From Octopus sinensis (taxonomy: Eukaryota): a stretch of 64,000 bases of DNA. The notes under the pieces were generated by a model that saw only the letters and a list, made by a program, of their open reading frames with translations, had not been told where the DNA came from and ran no database searches. The position numbers and the translations under genes are program-made. The DNA lies in the NCBI RefSeq assembly GCF_006345805.1, contig NC_043010.1, positions 62,558,001 through 62,622,000 of the forward strand, written 5' to 3'. Positions 33,011 to 44,800 of this stretch are shown piece after piece (the stretch's first letter is position 1; each line of letters begins with the position of its first letter).

Positions 33011-34224
33011 TGGCACTGTGTTGTCTGCCTTGTCTGGTTTGTGGATATTTAAATTTAAATGCCTTTTCAGACCCGTGTGTCGCTTGGAGGTCTTACTACA
33101 AATATGGCACATGAGTGTGTCTGCTGGAATGAACTTTGTATCATTTGGGCCAGCCGCATAAAGATGAGTTCTGAGATGTGCTTTCGAAACAAAAAACTCA
33201 TACCCCAGATTCAGCAACTGAGGGATGACTCCATTTCTGCATTTGACACACTGTTACAGTTCTGTAGTTCTCTTTTCATTTTTGAGGCAGATTTTTTTAT
33301 AGTTTGATGCCCTTCCTGCCATCACTCGTCACCACTCATGCACACACAAATATATGTGACTGGCTTCGTTTAGTTTCCATCTACCAAATTCTCTCACAAG
33401 ACTTTGGTTGACCCAGGGCTATAGTAGAGAACACTTGCACCAAGTGCCATGTGGTGATATTGAACCTGAAAGTAAGAGGTTGGGAAGCAAGCTTCTTGAC
33501 CACATAGCCATGTCTGCACACACACACACACACACACACATGCATGGCCCTCGTGCCAGTGGCGCGTAAAAGCACCCACTACACTCTTGGATTGGTTGGT
33601 GTTGGGAAGTATGCATGCCACAGCAAACAGGTAGGGATTGAGGCTGTCTTCTTATTTGCCGGCTCCTATTAAACCGTCCAACCCATGCCATCATGGAAAA
33701 TGAACAATGATGATGATGTATATCCAGGCTGAATGGTCCTTCCTGATCCCTAGGCTCAGAAGGCCAATTTCCCACTTTCTATGATGTGTATATTCTTACC
33801 TTGGACGGGACCCCAGTCTGTTGCAGCTGAGTGGTTTGCATCAACATCAAATAAAATATTTTACTCCAAGAATACAATGCATCGCCCAGTCTGGGAATCG
33901 AACTCACACTCTTATGATGATGAGTGCAACAGCCTCACCACTAAGTCATATGCCTCCACATATATTTATGGTGTGTTAATATTAGGTGCTTCTGCACCGA
34001 AAATATTCAAAAAGCTTAAATATCTGATAAGATTACTTATCATTATTCGTGTTATTTTTTTAAACAGAACTCTTGATAGGCAAAGGCGTGGCTGTGTGAT
34101 ACGAAGTGAGTGGTTCCGGGTTCAGTCCCACTGCATGGCACCTTGGGCAAGTGTCTTCTACTTTAGCTTCAGGCAAATCAAAGCCTTGTGAGTGGATTTG
34201 ATAAACAGAAACTGAAAGAAGCCT

Positions 34225-34892
34225 ATCATCATCATCATCATCATCGTCGTTTAACGTCCGTTCTCCATGCTAGCATGGGTTGGACGGTTCGACCGGGGAT
34301 TCTGGGAAGCCAGAAGGCTGCACCAGGCTCCAGTCTAATTTGGCAATGTTTCTACAGCTGGATGCCCTTCCTAACGCCAACCACTCCGTGAGTGTAGTGG
34401 GTGCTTTTTACGTGCCACCTGCACAGGTGCCAGGCGGGGCTGGCAACGGCCACGGTCAGATTGGTGTATTTTATGTGCCACCGGCACGGAAGCCAGTCGA
34501 GGCGGTGCTGGCATCGGCCACGAGTCGGATAGTGCTTTTTACGTACCACCAGACCAGGGATCCTGGCTGGTTCAATTCGATTTCGATTTCGCTTGCCCCA
34601 ACATGTCTTCACAAGCAAAGGGGGTTGGCAAGGGTGCCTGTCGTACGGTCGCATTGGAGTATTTTACGTGCCACGGCCACGAGTCGGATAGTGCTTTTTA
34701 CGTACCACCAGACCCATATATATATATATGACTACACTCGTGGAGTGGTTGGCGTTAGGAAGGGCATCCAGCTGTAGAAACACTGTCAGATCAGACTGGA
34801 GCCTGGTGTAGCCCCTGGCTTCCCAGACCCTGGTCGAACCGTTCAACGCATGCTAGCGCGGAAAACGGACGTTAAACGATGATGATGATGAT
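34225..34892. mobile_element. two family C copies in inverted orientation (34225-34560 -, 34731-34892 +)
   Basis: Arm 34225-34398 is largely the reverse complement of 34731-34892. Confidence 0.85.
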
Positions 34893-35726
34893 ATATATAC
34901 ACATATATATATATATATTATGGAGATGTACTTGCATAGCAAGTGACCTGATCTCAGATCGTTTGCTGGAACGCAAACAATTGCAGCATGGAAGGTGTTT
35001 GTAAGCCATTTAAGAAACATACAAAAACCGATAGATTCACTTCAACATTTAAATTTAATTTGCCAAAATATTGTCGTCGCTTTGACAAAATTCCATGCTG
35101 CACCTCCGATGCAGCATGGAATTTTAGTCAGTGAACAGGTCACGGGTCTCAAAGCGACGAAAATATTTTGACAAATTAAATTTTGAATGTTGAAGTGAAT
35201 CTAACGGTTTTTGTGTGTTTCTTAAATGGCTTCCAAACACCTTCCACGCTGCAATTGATATATACATACACACACACACATACGCACACATATTTATGTG
35301 CGTGTGCATGTTCCTTTGTGTCTGTGTTTGTCCTCCCTCTCCCTAATGCTTGACAACATTGCAGGGTAGGTGTGAGAGAACAGATCCGGCTACTTTGAAC
35401 ATAGATCGAGTAGGATTTTCAACTGGATATGACCGGTTTAAATGCTTAAGGCTTAAACATAGTTGATTTAAACAACTCTGTTCCACCGACCACATCACTT
35501 ATGATTGTATCATCATCATCCACTTTCCCTGCTTCTATGATTCTGACAGGATTTGTTGAGGCAGAATTCTTCGTTATGGCTCTGTGCCCTTCCTTGTTGC
35601 TAACCTTCCCCCGTCTCTGAGCAACGTAGCATTTCCCCATGGCTGGATATGTTTTTATGGCAGATTGGACATGAACAACACTGCTTCTATGACTTCTAAC
35701 ACTCATTTACAATTATCAAATGACGT

Positions 35727-36117
35727 TGGCTGTGTGGTAAGAAGCTTGCTTCCCAACCGCATGGTTCCGGGTTCATCTCACTGCATGGCACCTTGGCCAA
35801 GCATCTTCTACTATAGCCTTTGGTTGACTAAAGCCTTGTGAGTGGATTTCGGTGAATGGAAACTGAAAGAAGCCCATCGTATGTGTGTGTGTTTTCGTTT
35901 ATGTTTGCCCCACCAACCCACCACTTCTTGATAACCAGTGTTGGCGTGTTTATGTCACTGTAATCTAGCAGTCTGACAAAGGGGACTGATAGAATAACTA
36001 CCAGACTCTGAAAAAATGATAAATACTGAGGGTTGGTTCATTTGACTAAAATATTCTTCCAAGTGATGCCCCAGCATGGCCGCTGTCTAATGACTGAAAC
36101 AAGTAAAAGATAAAAGA
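35727..36117 (+). mobile_element. family A SINE (older copy)
   Basis: Family A head, body and tail, diverged. Confidence 0.75.
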
Positions 36118-36127
36118 TATATATATA

Positions 36128-36289
36128 GGCGCAGGAGTGGCTGTGTGGTAAGTAGCTTGCTTACCAACCACACGGTTCCGGGTTCAGTCCCACTGCGTGG
36201 CACCTTGGGGAGTGTCTTCTACTATAGCATCGGGCCGACCAAAGCCTTGTGAGTGGATTTGGTAGACGGAAACTGAAAGAAGCCTGTCG

Positions 36290-36320
<31 letters not shown>

Positions 36321-36519
36321 TTGTCTGTCTTTGTCCCCCCAACATCGCTTGACAACCGATGCTGGTATGTTTACATCCCCGTTACCTAGCGGTTCGGCAA
36401 AAGAGACCGATAGAATAAGTACTGGGCTTACAAAGAATAAGTCCTGGGGTCGATTTGCTCGACTAAAAGGTGGTGCTCCAGCATGGCCGCAGTAAAATGA
36501 CTGAAACAAGTAAAAGAGA
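36128..36519 (+). mobile_element. family A SINE, full length, young
   Basis: GGCGCAGGAGTGGCTGTGTGGTAAG head, GGGTTCAGTCCC B-box-like motif, CpGs retained. Confidence 0.85.
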
Positions 36520-36973
36520 AAGAGAGTATATATACTCACACACACACACATATATATACATATGTGGTTATATTTTATCAGTTCTGATGCTCCAATTCCT
36601 TTCTACCCCTTATTATTTACCATTCCATTCCACGGTTGCAGCCTTGAATGGTACCGATGCCATATTGCTACCTCTGTGAGAAGAAATTGGTAGTTCCTTT
36701 CTCAAACATTCACCATTTTTGATTAAAGGAATGTTGTGGGTGATCGTCCATAAGTCTTCTTAGGGTGGCATGTAACCAATTTATGCAAAAAAAGGGGGAC
36801 GGAGATGTGGAAGTCTAATCCTTAGGCTGCTATTTTATTTAACCACCCTGGAAAGATGAAAGGCAAATTGGGCCCCAGTAGGGTTTGAACTCAGAAAACA
36901 ACAAATTAGAACCGTTTTAGCTGACACTTCAATAACTGCCAAATTCCCCATTTCTCCAACGTTGAAATATTTG

Positions 36974-37111
36974 TGAAGGTGCTGTAAAGTTCTTGGCTTT
37001 AAGGGTATTCTTGTGAAGGGCCTGGTTAGGGGCCCTGACCGTTGAAGTTTGTTTACAGGGCTTAGAAAAACTGAGGGATTGCTGCAAAAAGTGTGAATCT
37101 TAGGGGAACAT
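36974..37111 (+). mobile_element. short mariner-derived fragment
   Basis: TIR-like GAAGGTGCTGTAAAGTTCTTGGCTTT followed by GLEKLRDCCKKC(VNLRGE), a mariner-type C-terminus. Confidence 0.5.
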
Positions 37112-37945
37112 CATCCTCCTCCTCCTCATCATCGTTTAACATCTGTTTTCCATGCTGGCGTGGGTTGGACGGTTTGACTGGGGTCTGGAGAGTCAGCAGC
37201 TGCACCAGGCTCCATTCTGATCTGGCAGAGTTTCTACAGCTGGATGCCCTTCCTCATGCCAACCACTCCAAGAGTGTAGTGGGTGCTTTTTACGTTCCAC
37301 TAGCACAGGAGCCAGTCAGGCGGTCCTGGCATCAATTATGTTTGGATAGTGCTTTTTACGTGCTACAGGCACCGGGACCGGTCAGTGTGCTATGGCATTG
37401 GACACATTCGGGTGGTGCTTTTAATGTACCACCGGTAGAGGAGCCAGTCAGGCAGCCCTGGCATTGATCACATTCGGATAGTGCTTTCTATGTGCCACCA
37501 GTACAGAAGCCAGTCAAGGGACACTGGCATCGGCCACGTTCGGGTGGTGCTTTTTACATGCTACGGGTATGGCATCGGCCATGTTCAGGTGGTGCTTTTT
37601 ACATGCCACTCTGCAGATGAGCCAGTCAGGCGGCCCTGACATCGATCATATTCAAATAGTGCTTTCTATGTGCTGCTGGTACAGGAGCCAGTCAGGGGAC
37701 ACTGGCATCAGCCATGTTCAGGTGGTGCTTTGTACATGCTATGGGCACAGGATCCAGTCAGGGGGCTATAGCATCGGCCACGTTCGGGTGGTGCTTTTTA
37801 CATGCCACTCCGCAGAAGAGCCAGTCAGGTGGCTCTGGCATCGATCACGTTCAAATAGTGCTTTCTATGTGCCACCGGTACAGAAGCCAGTCAGGGGAGA
37901 CTGGCATCAGCCATGTTGAGGTGATGCATTTTACGTGCCACATTG
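37110..37945 (-). mobile_element. family C copy with about 10 internal 66-bp tandem repeats
   Basis: GTGCTTT unit starts at 37283, 37349, 37415, 37481, 37547, 37592, 37659, 37725, 37791, 37858 and about 37924. Confidence 0.85.
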
Positions 37946-38542
37946 ACTAAAATGATAATTAACTCCTCGTAATTAATTAGTTTCAGATGTTGGCACAAGA
38001 CCAGCAATTTCTGTGAGGTTGGAGAGTTGATTGCATCCACCCCAGTACTCAACTGGTACTTACTTTATCCTTCCTCAAAAGGATGAAAGACAAAGTCGAT
38101 CTCCGCAGAATTTGAACTCAGAATGTAGAGTCGGAAGAAATGGTGCGAAGCATTTTGTCCCGATGCAGTAATCATTCTGCCAGTTTGCTCCTCAGCCATT
38201 TGTTTAATATTGAAACACGACAATGGTTTCAAATGTTGGCGCAAGGCCAGCAAGTTCAGGAGTGGGGGGACATTGATTACATCAACCCCAGTGCATGACT
38301 GGTACATATTTTAGCAGCATTTTGTCCAGTGTGCTAACAACTCTGCCAACTCACCTCCTTTATGCCGGAATGTAATATGGGTTTCAAATTTTGGCACAAG
38401 GTCAGCAAGTTGATTACATCAGCCCCAGGGCTCAGAATGTAAGGGCAAACGAAATACCACCAGGTATTTTATTCAACATGTAAATGATTCTGTCTGTTTG
38501 CTGCTTTAATGGAATATTGAAATCTTTCTTGCTGTTTCTTTG

Positions 38543-38597
<55 letters not shown>

Positions 38598-38835
38598 GTC
38601 TGTTTGTTTCTCTTCCTCTCTCTCTCTCTCACACAGTGTTTGTCCCCCTACCTTTATCTCTGTCTGTGTTTGTACCTCTCTCTCATTCTGTTTGTCCTTC
38701 TACCTCTCTCTCTCTCTGTCTGTGTTTGTACATCTCTCTCTCACTCTCTTTGTCCCTCTACCTCTATCTCTCTCTGTTTGTACCTCTACCTCTCTCTCTC
38801 TTTTTCCCTCTCTCCTTTATATCTCTCATAATTCT

Positions 38836-38857
38836 CTAACTTGTATCTTGCCGCAGG
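38836..38857 (+). promoter_or_regulatory. strong putative 3' splice acceptor about 840 bp upstream of the ZNF-2 ATG
   Basis: A ~300-nt CT tract, branch-like CTAAC at 38836-40, then TTGTATCTTGCCGCAG|G with AG at 38855-56. Confidence 0.55.
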
Positions 38858-39590
38858 TTCACCTGTCTGCCTATCACCTGGCTGATGCTCTGCTACGAGA
38901 TGATGTCCCGCAATTGGAGATCTTCTGACTTGATTCTGACCCAGCAACAACCAGTTTATAATTCCAGCAAACCCGACCGTTTGTGTGTCTATTGCTTTCA
39001 CCTTCATCAACTTTAAGAAGGAGGAGAAAAAAAACAAAGGATTACTTTCAAGTCCCTTCCCAGATCTGAACTCTTCTTATGCATAATATCTCATCATCTC
39101 CACATTTTTAATTACTACAAGAGGAAATTTTAATGTTTTATATTATATTTTATAGACATCTTTTTTGACATCTTTGGACCCTACACTGGAGGGAGCACTT
39201 ACACCTTTAGAATAATGGGATTGGTTTGTTTAGGTTATTGATAAATCATTGGAATGTACCCTGTTTGACTGACCATAGGTGGACTGTGCACTGTACATCT
39301 GCCATTATCTTCTCATTTGTTAATTGGGATTAATTGGGTGACTACAAGAATATAAGAATACATTGAGTCCAAGATTTGGCAGTGGTGCCAGCACACACAC
39401 ACACACACACACACATTTGGTATGTGTTAAGATCAGAGTTAAAACATTCCAGGATGTATAAAATGTGAAAGACTGAAGAAGTTTCTGGAAATTTCCAAAC
39501 CTATGTTGTAGGTGATAATATTAATAATAACATTAAGAATACAGAATAATAATTATTATTAATAATTATATTAATAATAATATTAATAAT

Positions 39591-39630
<40 letters not shown>

Positions 39631-39695
39631 GTAGTAGTAATAATATAGTAATAACGGTTATAATATAGATAATAGTGTAAAAGAGCAAAGTGACG

Positions 39696-40201
39696 ATGTA
39701 CCAGATGCAGTGTGGGGGAAAGCAACAACAGTTTAACAACAACTGTTGTGGTATTAATAATGATAGTCAGGCTGAGGTACACACTTGCGGTGGAACGGCA
39801 TCACAGAACGGATTTACAAACTTTATGGAGCTGATCAAGAAACCAGACAAGTCCCGGGACAAACCTTTCAAATGTGGAATATGCCGTAAAGGATTTACGT
39901 TGAAAGCCTACCTGAATCGACACCTGTTGGCCCCTGAGCCCGGTAAACACTTCCCCTGCAGTTATTGCAGCAAGATCTTTCCGCAGAGGGACCGCCTCGA
40001 GACGCACGAACGCACTCACACGGGGGTCAAGCCGTTTGTCTGCAACATCTGCTCCAAGTCGTTTTCACAGAAGTCACACCTGAACACCCACAAGCACGTC
40101 CACACCGGCACAAAGTCGCCAAACGCCGTCGACCGGAGCATGAAGCGCCGCAAGACCCTGGCGATGACCATGATGATGAATTCCATGCAACAGCATCAGC
40201 A

Positions 40202-40233
<32 letters not shown>

Positions 40234-41414
40234 AGCAGCAACATCATCACCACCATCAGCATCACCAGCACCACCAACAACATCAGCACCACCTTCAACA
40301 TCAGCATCAGCATCAACACCAGCATCAACACCACCAACATCAACACCAGCATCAACACCACCAACATCAGCATCAGCATCATCAACACCAGCATCATCAG
40401 CATCATCATCAGTTCCATCATTTCGAGAACCACAGCAAGACCTGCCCCCAGCATCTTAACCAGGTGGGCAAACGTAAAAGCGGGCCCGGCAGCGCAGATA
40501 AACCCTTTAAGTGTGATGTATGCCGGAAAGGCTTCACCCTGAAGGCCTACCTCAACCGTCACTTATTGGCTCCTGATACAGGTAAACACTTCCCTTGCTC
40601 TTACTGCCACAAGGTTTTTCCCCAAAGGGACCGACTGGAGAATCACGAAAGGACTCATACTGGGGTGAAACCATTCCATTGTACAATTTGTGGCAAGAAC
40701 TTTGCCCAAAAGTCCCATTTAAACAAGCACCAAAATGTGCACAAAGCGGACCGGATGTCAGCAACCAGTGTGCCTTCAGCTTCAGTCACATCAACCTCGT
40801 CGTCATCGGGCGCTAACCAAGCCCCAAACCTTCCTAAACCTCCATCGATGATTTCACCTCAAGCTTCGTCATCTTCAGGGACCTACACTACCCAGATGAT
40901 TAACCAAACTGCGGCGATCCACAAACAGGCTGTTATGACAACAAACACACAGTATTCACAACAGCAGATCAAATATTCTACTGCGGCCCCACAGCAGCAG
41001 CAGCAGCAACAACAGCAGCAACAACAACAACAACAACAACAACAGCAACCAGCTGCCCAGAAAGATCCATCGACAATGTCGGCCTGCTCGCATCAGATGA
41101 TGCATCAACATGCGCCGCTAAGGCAACAACAGCAGCAACAGCCGCAGCAGCAGCAGCAGGCGCCGCCGCCGCCGCCTCCGCCACCATCTCAGCAGTCATC
41201 GAACATGACTGCAACCTCGACAATGAACACGGCCACCTACCATCAACAGATGGTGCCGCAAAGAGCTGCTGAGAATAATTACAACTGGAAGCGTAACGCT
41301 GCCATAACGGCCAACTGGAATGCAGGCTGGACCAACACATCGAACCCGACTTATGGCCAGAGGAAATGCGAGAGCCAGGAGGCTGTCCACAACATTCAGA
41401 CATTGATGCAGTGA
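39696..41414 (+). CDS. C2H2 zinc-finger protein with two 3-finger cassettes, a Q/H tract and polyQ; 572 aa, single coding exon (ZNF-2)
   Basis: Uninterrupted ORF; in-frame stop at 39678-80 upstream, first ATG at 39696. Cassettes at 39861-40109 and 40500-40748; basic NLS-like KRRK and KRK motifs. Confidence 0.93.
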
Positions 41415-41928
41415 AACCAGCTTGAAGATGAGGAAGAGTAAGAGCAAGAAGAGGCATACGGAATGGATTACTGAATTAATAAGTGAATAAGCTGTGTCTG
41501 AGTGAGGCACAGTGGGTGAGAGGTATAGGTGGTGGACTGTTGACAATGCGGTCACCAGTTCAAACCTTAGTGCAACTAATGTGTTGTGTCCCTGCACAAG
41601 ACATGTAGCTGTGTTTGCCCCGCAACTTCATGGGGTTCAGCAGTTGGTGGCTGGAAGGGCAGCCAACGAGAAAACAATTTGATTGCTCCAACAAAAAGTC
41701 AAAAGATATCCTAGTCATGATAGCTTTGGAAAATGGATTAAAAAAAAAGATTAAACTACAATAAACAAAACAAAAACATATCGCTTAACAATTGATACAC
41801 CACCACAAGTGTCTATATAAATATCTACACACTTGCTAGAAGTGGTGGATATATAAAACGAGAAGTTCAGATCAAGTATTTGAGCTCAAACATTTCTGTC
41901 ATTGAGTCAGAACAACATATTTGAGACC

Positions 41929-42390
41929 TTGGCTCAAGTATCTGTATTAATCATTTAAGGATCTTGGCTCATGAAACCATTAAAAACATGTGGAGACTTA
42001 GCTCAAACATCTGTATAATCATTTGGAGATCTTGACCTCAATCGGTCATTAAAAACATTTGGAGACTTGGTTCAAGTATCTGTTTAAAACATGTAGGATC
42101 TTGGCTCAAGCAACTGTTAAAAACATGTAGGGTCTTGGCTCAAGCAGCCAGCAAAACATTTGGAGGTCTTAGTTCAAACATTTGGGGATCTTCGCTCAAT
42201 CTGTCATTAAAAACATTTGGAGACTTGGCTCAAGCATCTGGTTAACCAATTGGAATCTTGGCTCAAGCTACCATTTAAAACATGTAGGGTCTTGGCTCAA
42301 GCAGCCAGCAAAACATTTGGAGGTCTTAGCTCAAGCATCTGTTTTAACTCTTTGGAATCATGGCTCAAGCAGCCATTTAAAACAATTTGG
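41929..42390 (+). repeat. degenerate 34-bp minisatellite (about 14 units) in the probable ZNF-2 3' UTR
   Basis: TTGGCTCAAG-type cores recur at 33-35 bp spacing, with one 22-bp truncated unit. Confidence 0.85.
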
Positions 42391-42998
42391 TATTTTTGAA
42401 TTCAGTTATTTGTGCAAACATTTAAGACCTCTATTCGATTGTCCACATAAAAACTTGAGACATCATTTCAATAACCTGTTTAATGAATATTTTTTTTTTT
42501 TAATCTCTATTCTCTGTAAAGACCTTAACTCCAATACCTGTATCAACAGTGACTCAGTTTGTTGATTCCTGAGAAAAACCAACACACACAAATCCACACA
42601 TGAATATGAATTAAAGTAAAAGCCATTGACTTGTTTACTGTTTCTCTTTTTTGAGATATTTTCCTTATTAAAATAATAATAAAACTAAAAAAAAACAAAA
42701 CGAAATAGCATCCTAATTCGTTATCCACCATCTTAATTGCTGGTTCAATGTCCAGCATGTGGAACCTCAGTATGGTCACTCTAAATGCTAGAAATAGCAG
42801 CCAAATTTCCTCCAACCGCCCCTCGCACTTTTAAAAAGGAAAGCGAGATTGGAGGATGCAGTCCTCATTACACTTTGACATAACACAAAGATGAGATAAT
42901 CAAAGCTTTTACACCTTTGATCATGAGTTTCCTAAATCATTGCTGGCCTGGGGTTAAACAGTGACAAGATTGAGAAGATTCCCTAAGGCAAATTTTAA

Positions 42999-43201
42999 CC
43001 TTTTTGATACCAACCCACCCGAAACTACCCCTGGTTCTGCAATAAAAACTATTTTAAGGATGATCTAAGTCAAAACCTACCAGAGAAATTTACTGTTGAT
43101 TTCTGTTCTAAACTATAACTTAATGAAACAATTATTTTACTAAATTCTTCTTTATTTTCAAAATTAATTGGAACCAAGACAGAAATATGGTAACAAAAGG
43201 G
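42999..43201. mobile_element. piggyBac-type MITE
   Basis: TTAA|CCTTTTTGATACCA...TGGTAACAAAAGGG|TTAA; same family as 48071-48291. Confidence 0.7.
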
Positions 43202-43689
43202 TTAAAAAAAAAAGAGTTCTTTGGAATGGAAACTGCTTTGGATTTAAGAATAAAAATAAAAAAACCTCAAAGAAAAAACTCCTTTATTTCTGTGAGCTGG
43301 AATTGAACTGAAAACCTTGCAGTCATCAGCCTGTTGCATTGGCTCACATCAAAGTGTGCGTGTGTATGAAGGCATGCTTGCACATACACATTTGTATATT
43401 CTTTTACTGTTTTCCTTCATTGGACCGTGGCCATACTGGGGCACCACCTTTATGGGTTTAGTCTGTCATATCAACCCTAATACTTATTTTGTCCTGCTCC
43501 ACTTGTTGAACTGCTAAGTTACAGGAGACAAACGGACACAACTTGAATATCAGTGGATTTTAGACCGGTGTAAACATAAATGCTGACACACATACACACC
43601 TACATATACACACACAGTACATACACTATGTCTCAGTCAGACTGGCTGACAACAGGTGCCACTTGACAGGTGAATGGTCAGTATACTTT

Positions 43690-44050
43690 TCTTTTACTTG
43701 TTTCAGTCATTAGACTGTGGCCATGCTGGGGCACTGCCAAGAAGGACTTTTAGTCAAATAAATTGACCCAATTACTATTTCTTTTTTTTCAAGCCTGGTA
43801 ATTATTCTATCAGTCTCTATTACCAAACTGCTAAGTTACAGGTCATAAATACATCAAACCAGTTGTCAACGGATGCTGGGCCATAGATAAAAAGATACAC
43901 ACACACACGCACACACACATATATATATATATATAACAGGCTTCTTTCAGTTTCCGTCTGCCAAATCCACTCTCAGGGCTTTGGTCGACCCAAGCCTATA
44001 GTAGAAGACACTTGTCCAAGGTGCCATGCAGTGGGACTGAACCTGGAACA
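43690..44050 (-). mobile_element. family A SINE
   Basis: Reverse complement of the family A body. Confidence 0.75.
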
Positions 44051-44748
44051 ACATTGTCCCAATTTTTCCCTCCACAACACTCATATAAACATGCTCACTC
44101 CCACACCCGTGCCAATGTGCCCACGTATGGAAGTCCACAGGGGAAAAGCAAAGATGGGGAAATGGTTCTTGAAATACCAAAGATGGAATAAAAGATTTCA
44201 TTGAAGCTTAAAAGACTTTACATGGCTGTTACTCAGAGTTTCATGTAACAATCGTCAGACAGTTGAGAAGTTTTTTCTGTTTCAATAAAACACTATACAT
44301 ACACAATTACACACACATACGTTAGTGGTTGGTGTCAGGAAGGGCATCCAGCTGTAAAAATCCTGCCAAAACAGTCACAGAAGTCCGGTGCAGGATTCAG
44401 CCTGGCTGGTTCTTGCGGTACCATCCCACCCATGCTAGCATGGAAGGTGGACGTTAAACGACGACGATGATGATATATATATGTATATACATATTTTGGC
44501 ACTTGGCTACAACGACAAAGGTTCCGGTTCATCTGACCAATGGAACCGCCCGCTTGGGAAATGAATGTGCAAGTGGCTGAGCACTCCACAGACACACATA
44601 CCTAGGGTGATTCAGAGGGACAAGGCTGGCCCTGTGAAATACAGGTACTACTCATTTTTGCCAGCAGAGTGGACTGGAGCAACGTGAAACAAAGTGTCTT
44701 GCTCAAGGACAAAACAATTGTGAGCCAGATTACTGAACCACACACTTT

Positions 44749-44800
<52 letters not shown>

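Larger units (their letters stand above)
32299..33240 (-). pseudogene. decayed three-finger C2H2 ORF (LINE C-terminus or ZNF relic), split by the 32441-33010 insertion
   Basis: After removing the insert and 2 extra T: SLSC*IWGMSF-VSKAHLRTH ... LMCHICSKTSKRHTGLKRHLNLNIH ... NTVP|LEVKHICIVYNGDFKQHLGLKSH. Confidence 0.65.

Noticed and set aside
34280-34777. Recurrent peptide LQLDALPNANHS as a protein family
   Set aside because: It is the antisense translation of the family C LINE 3' UTR; copies are frameshifted at random.
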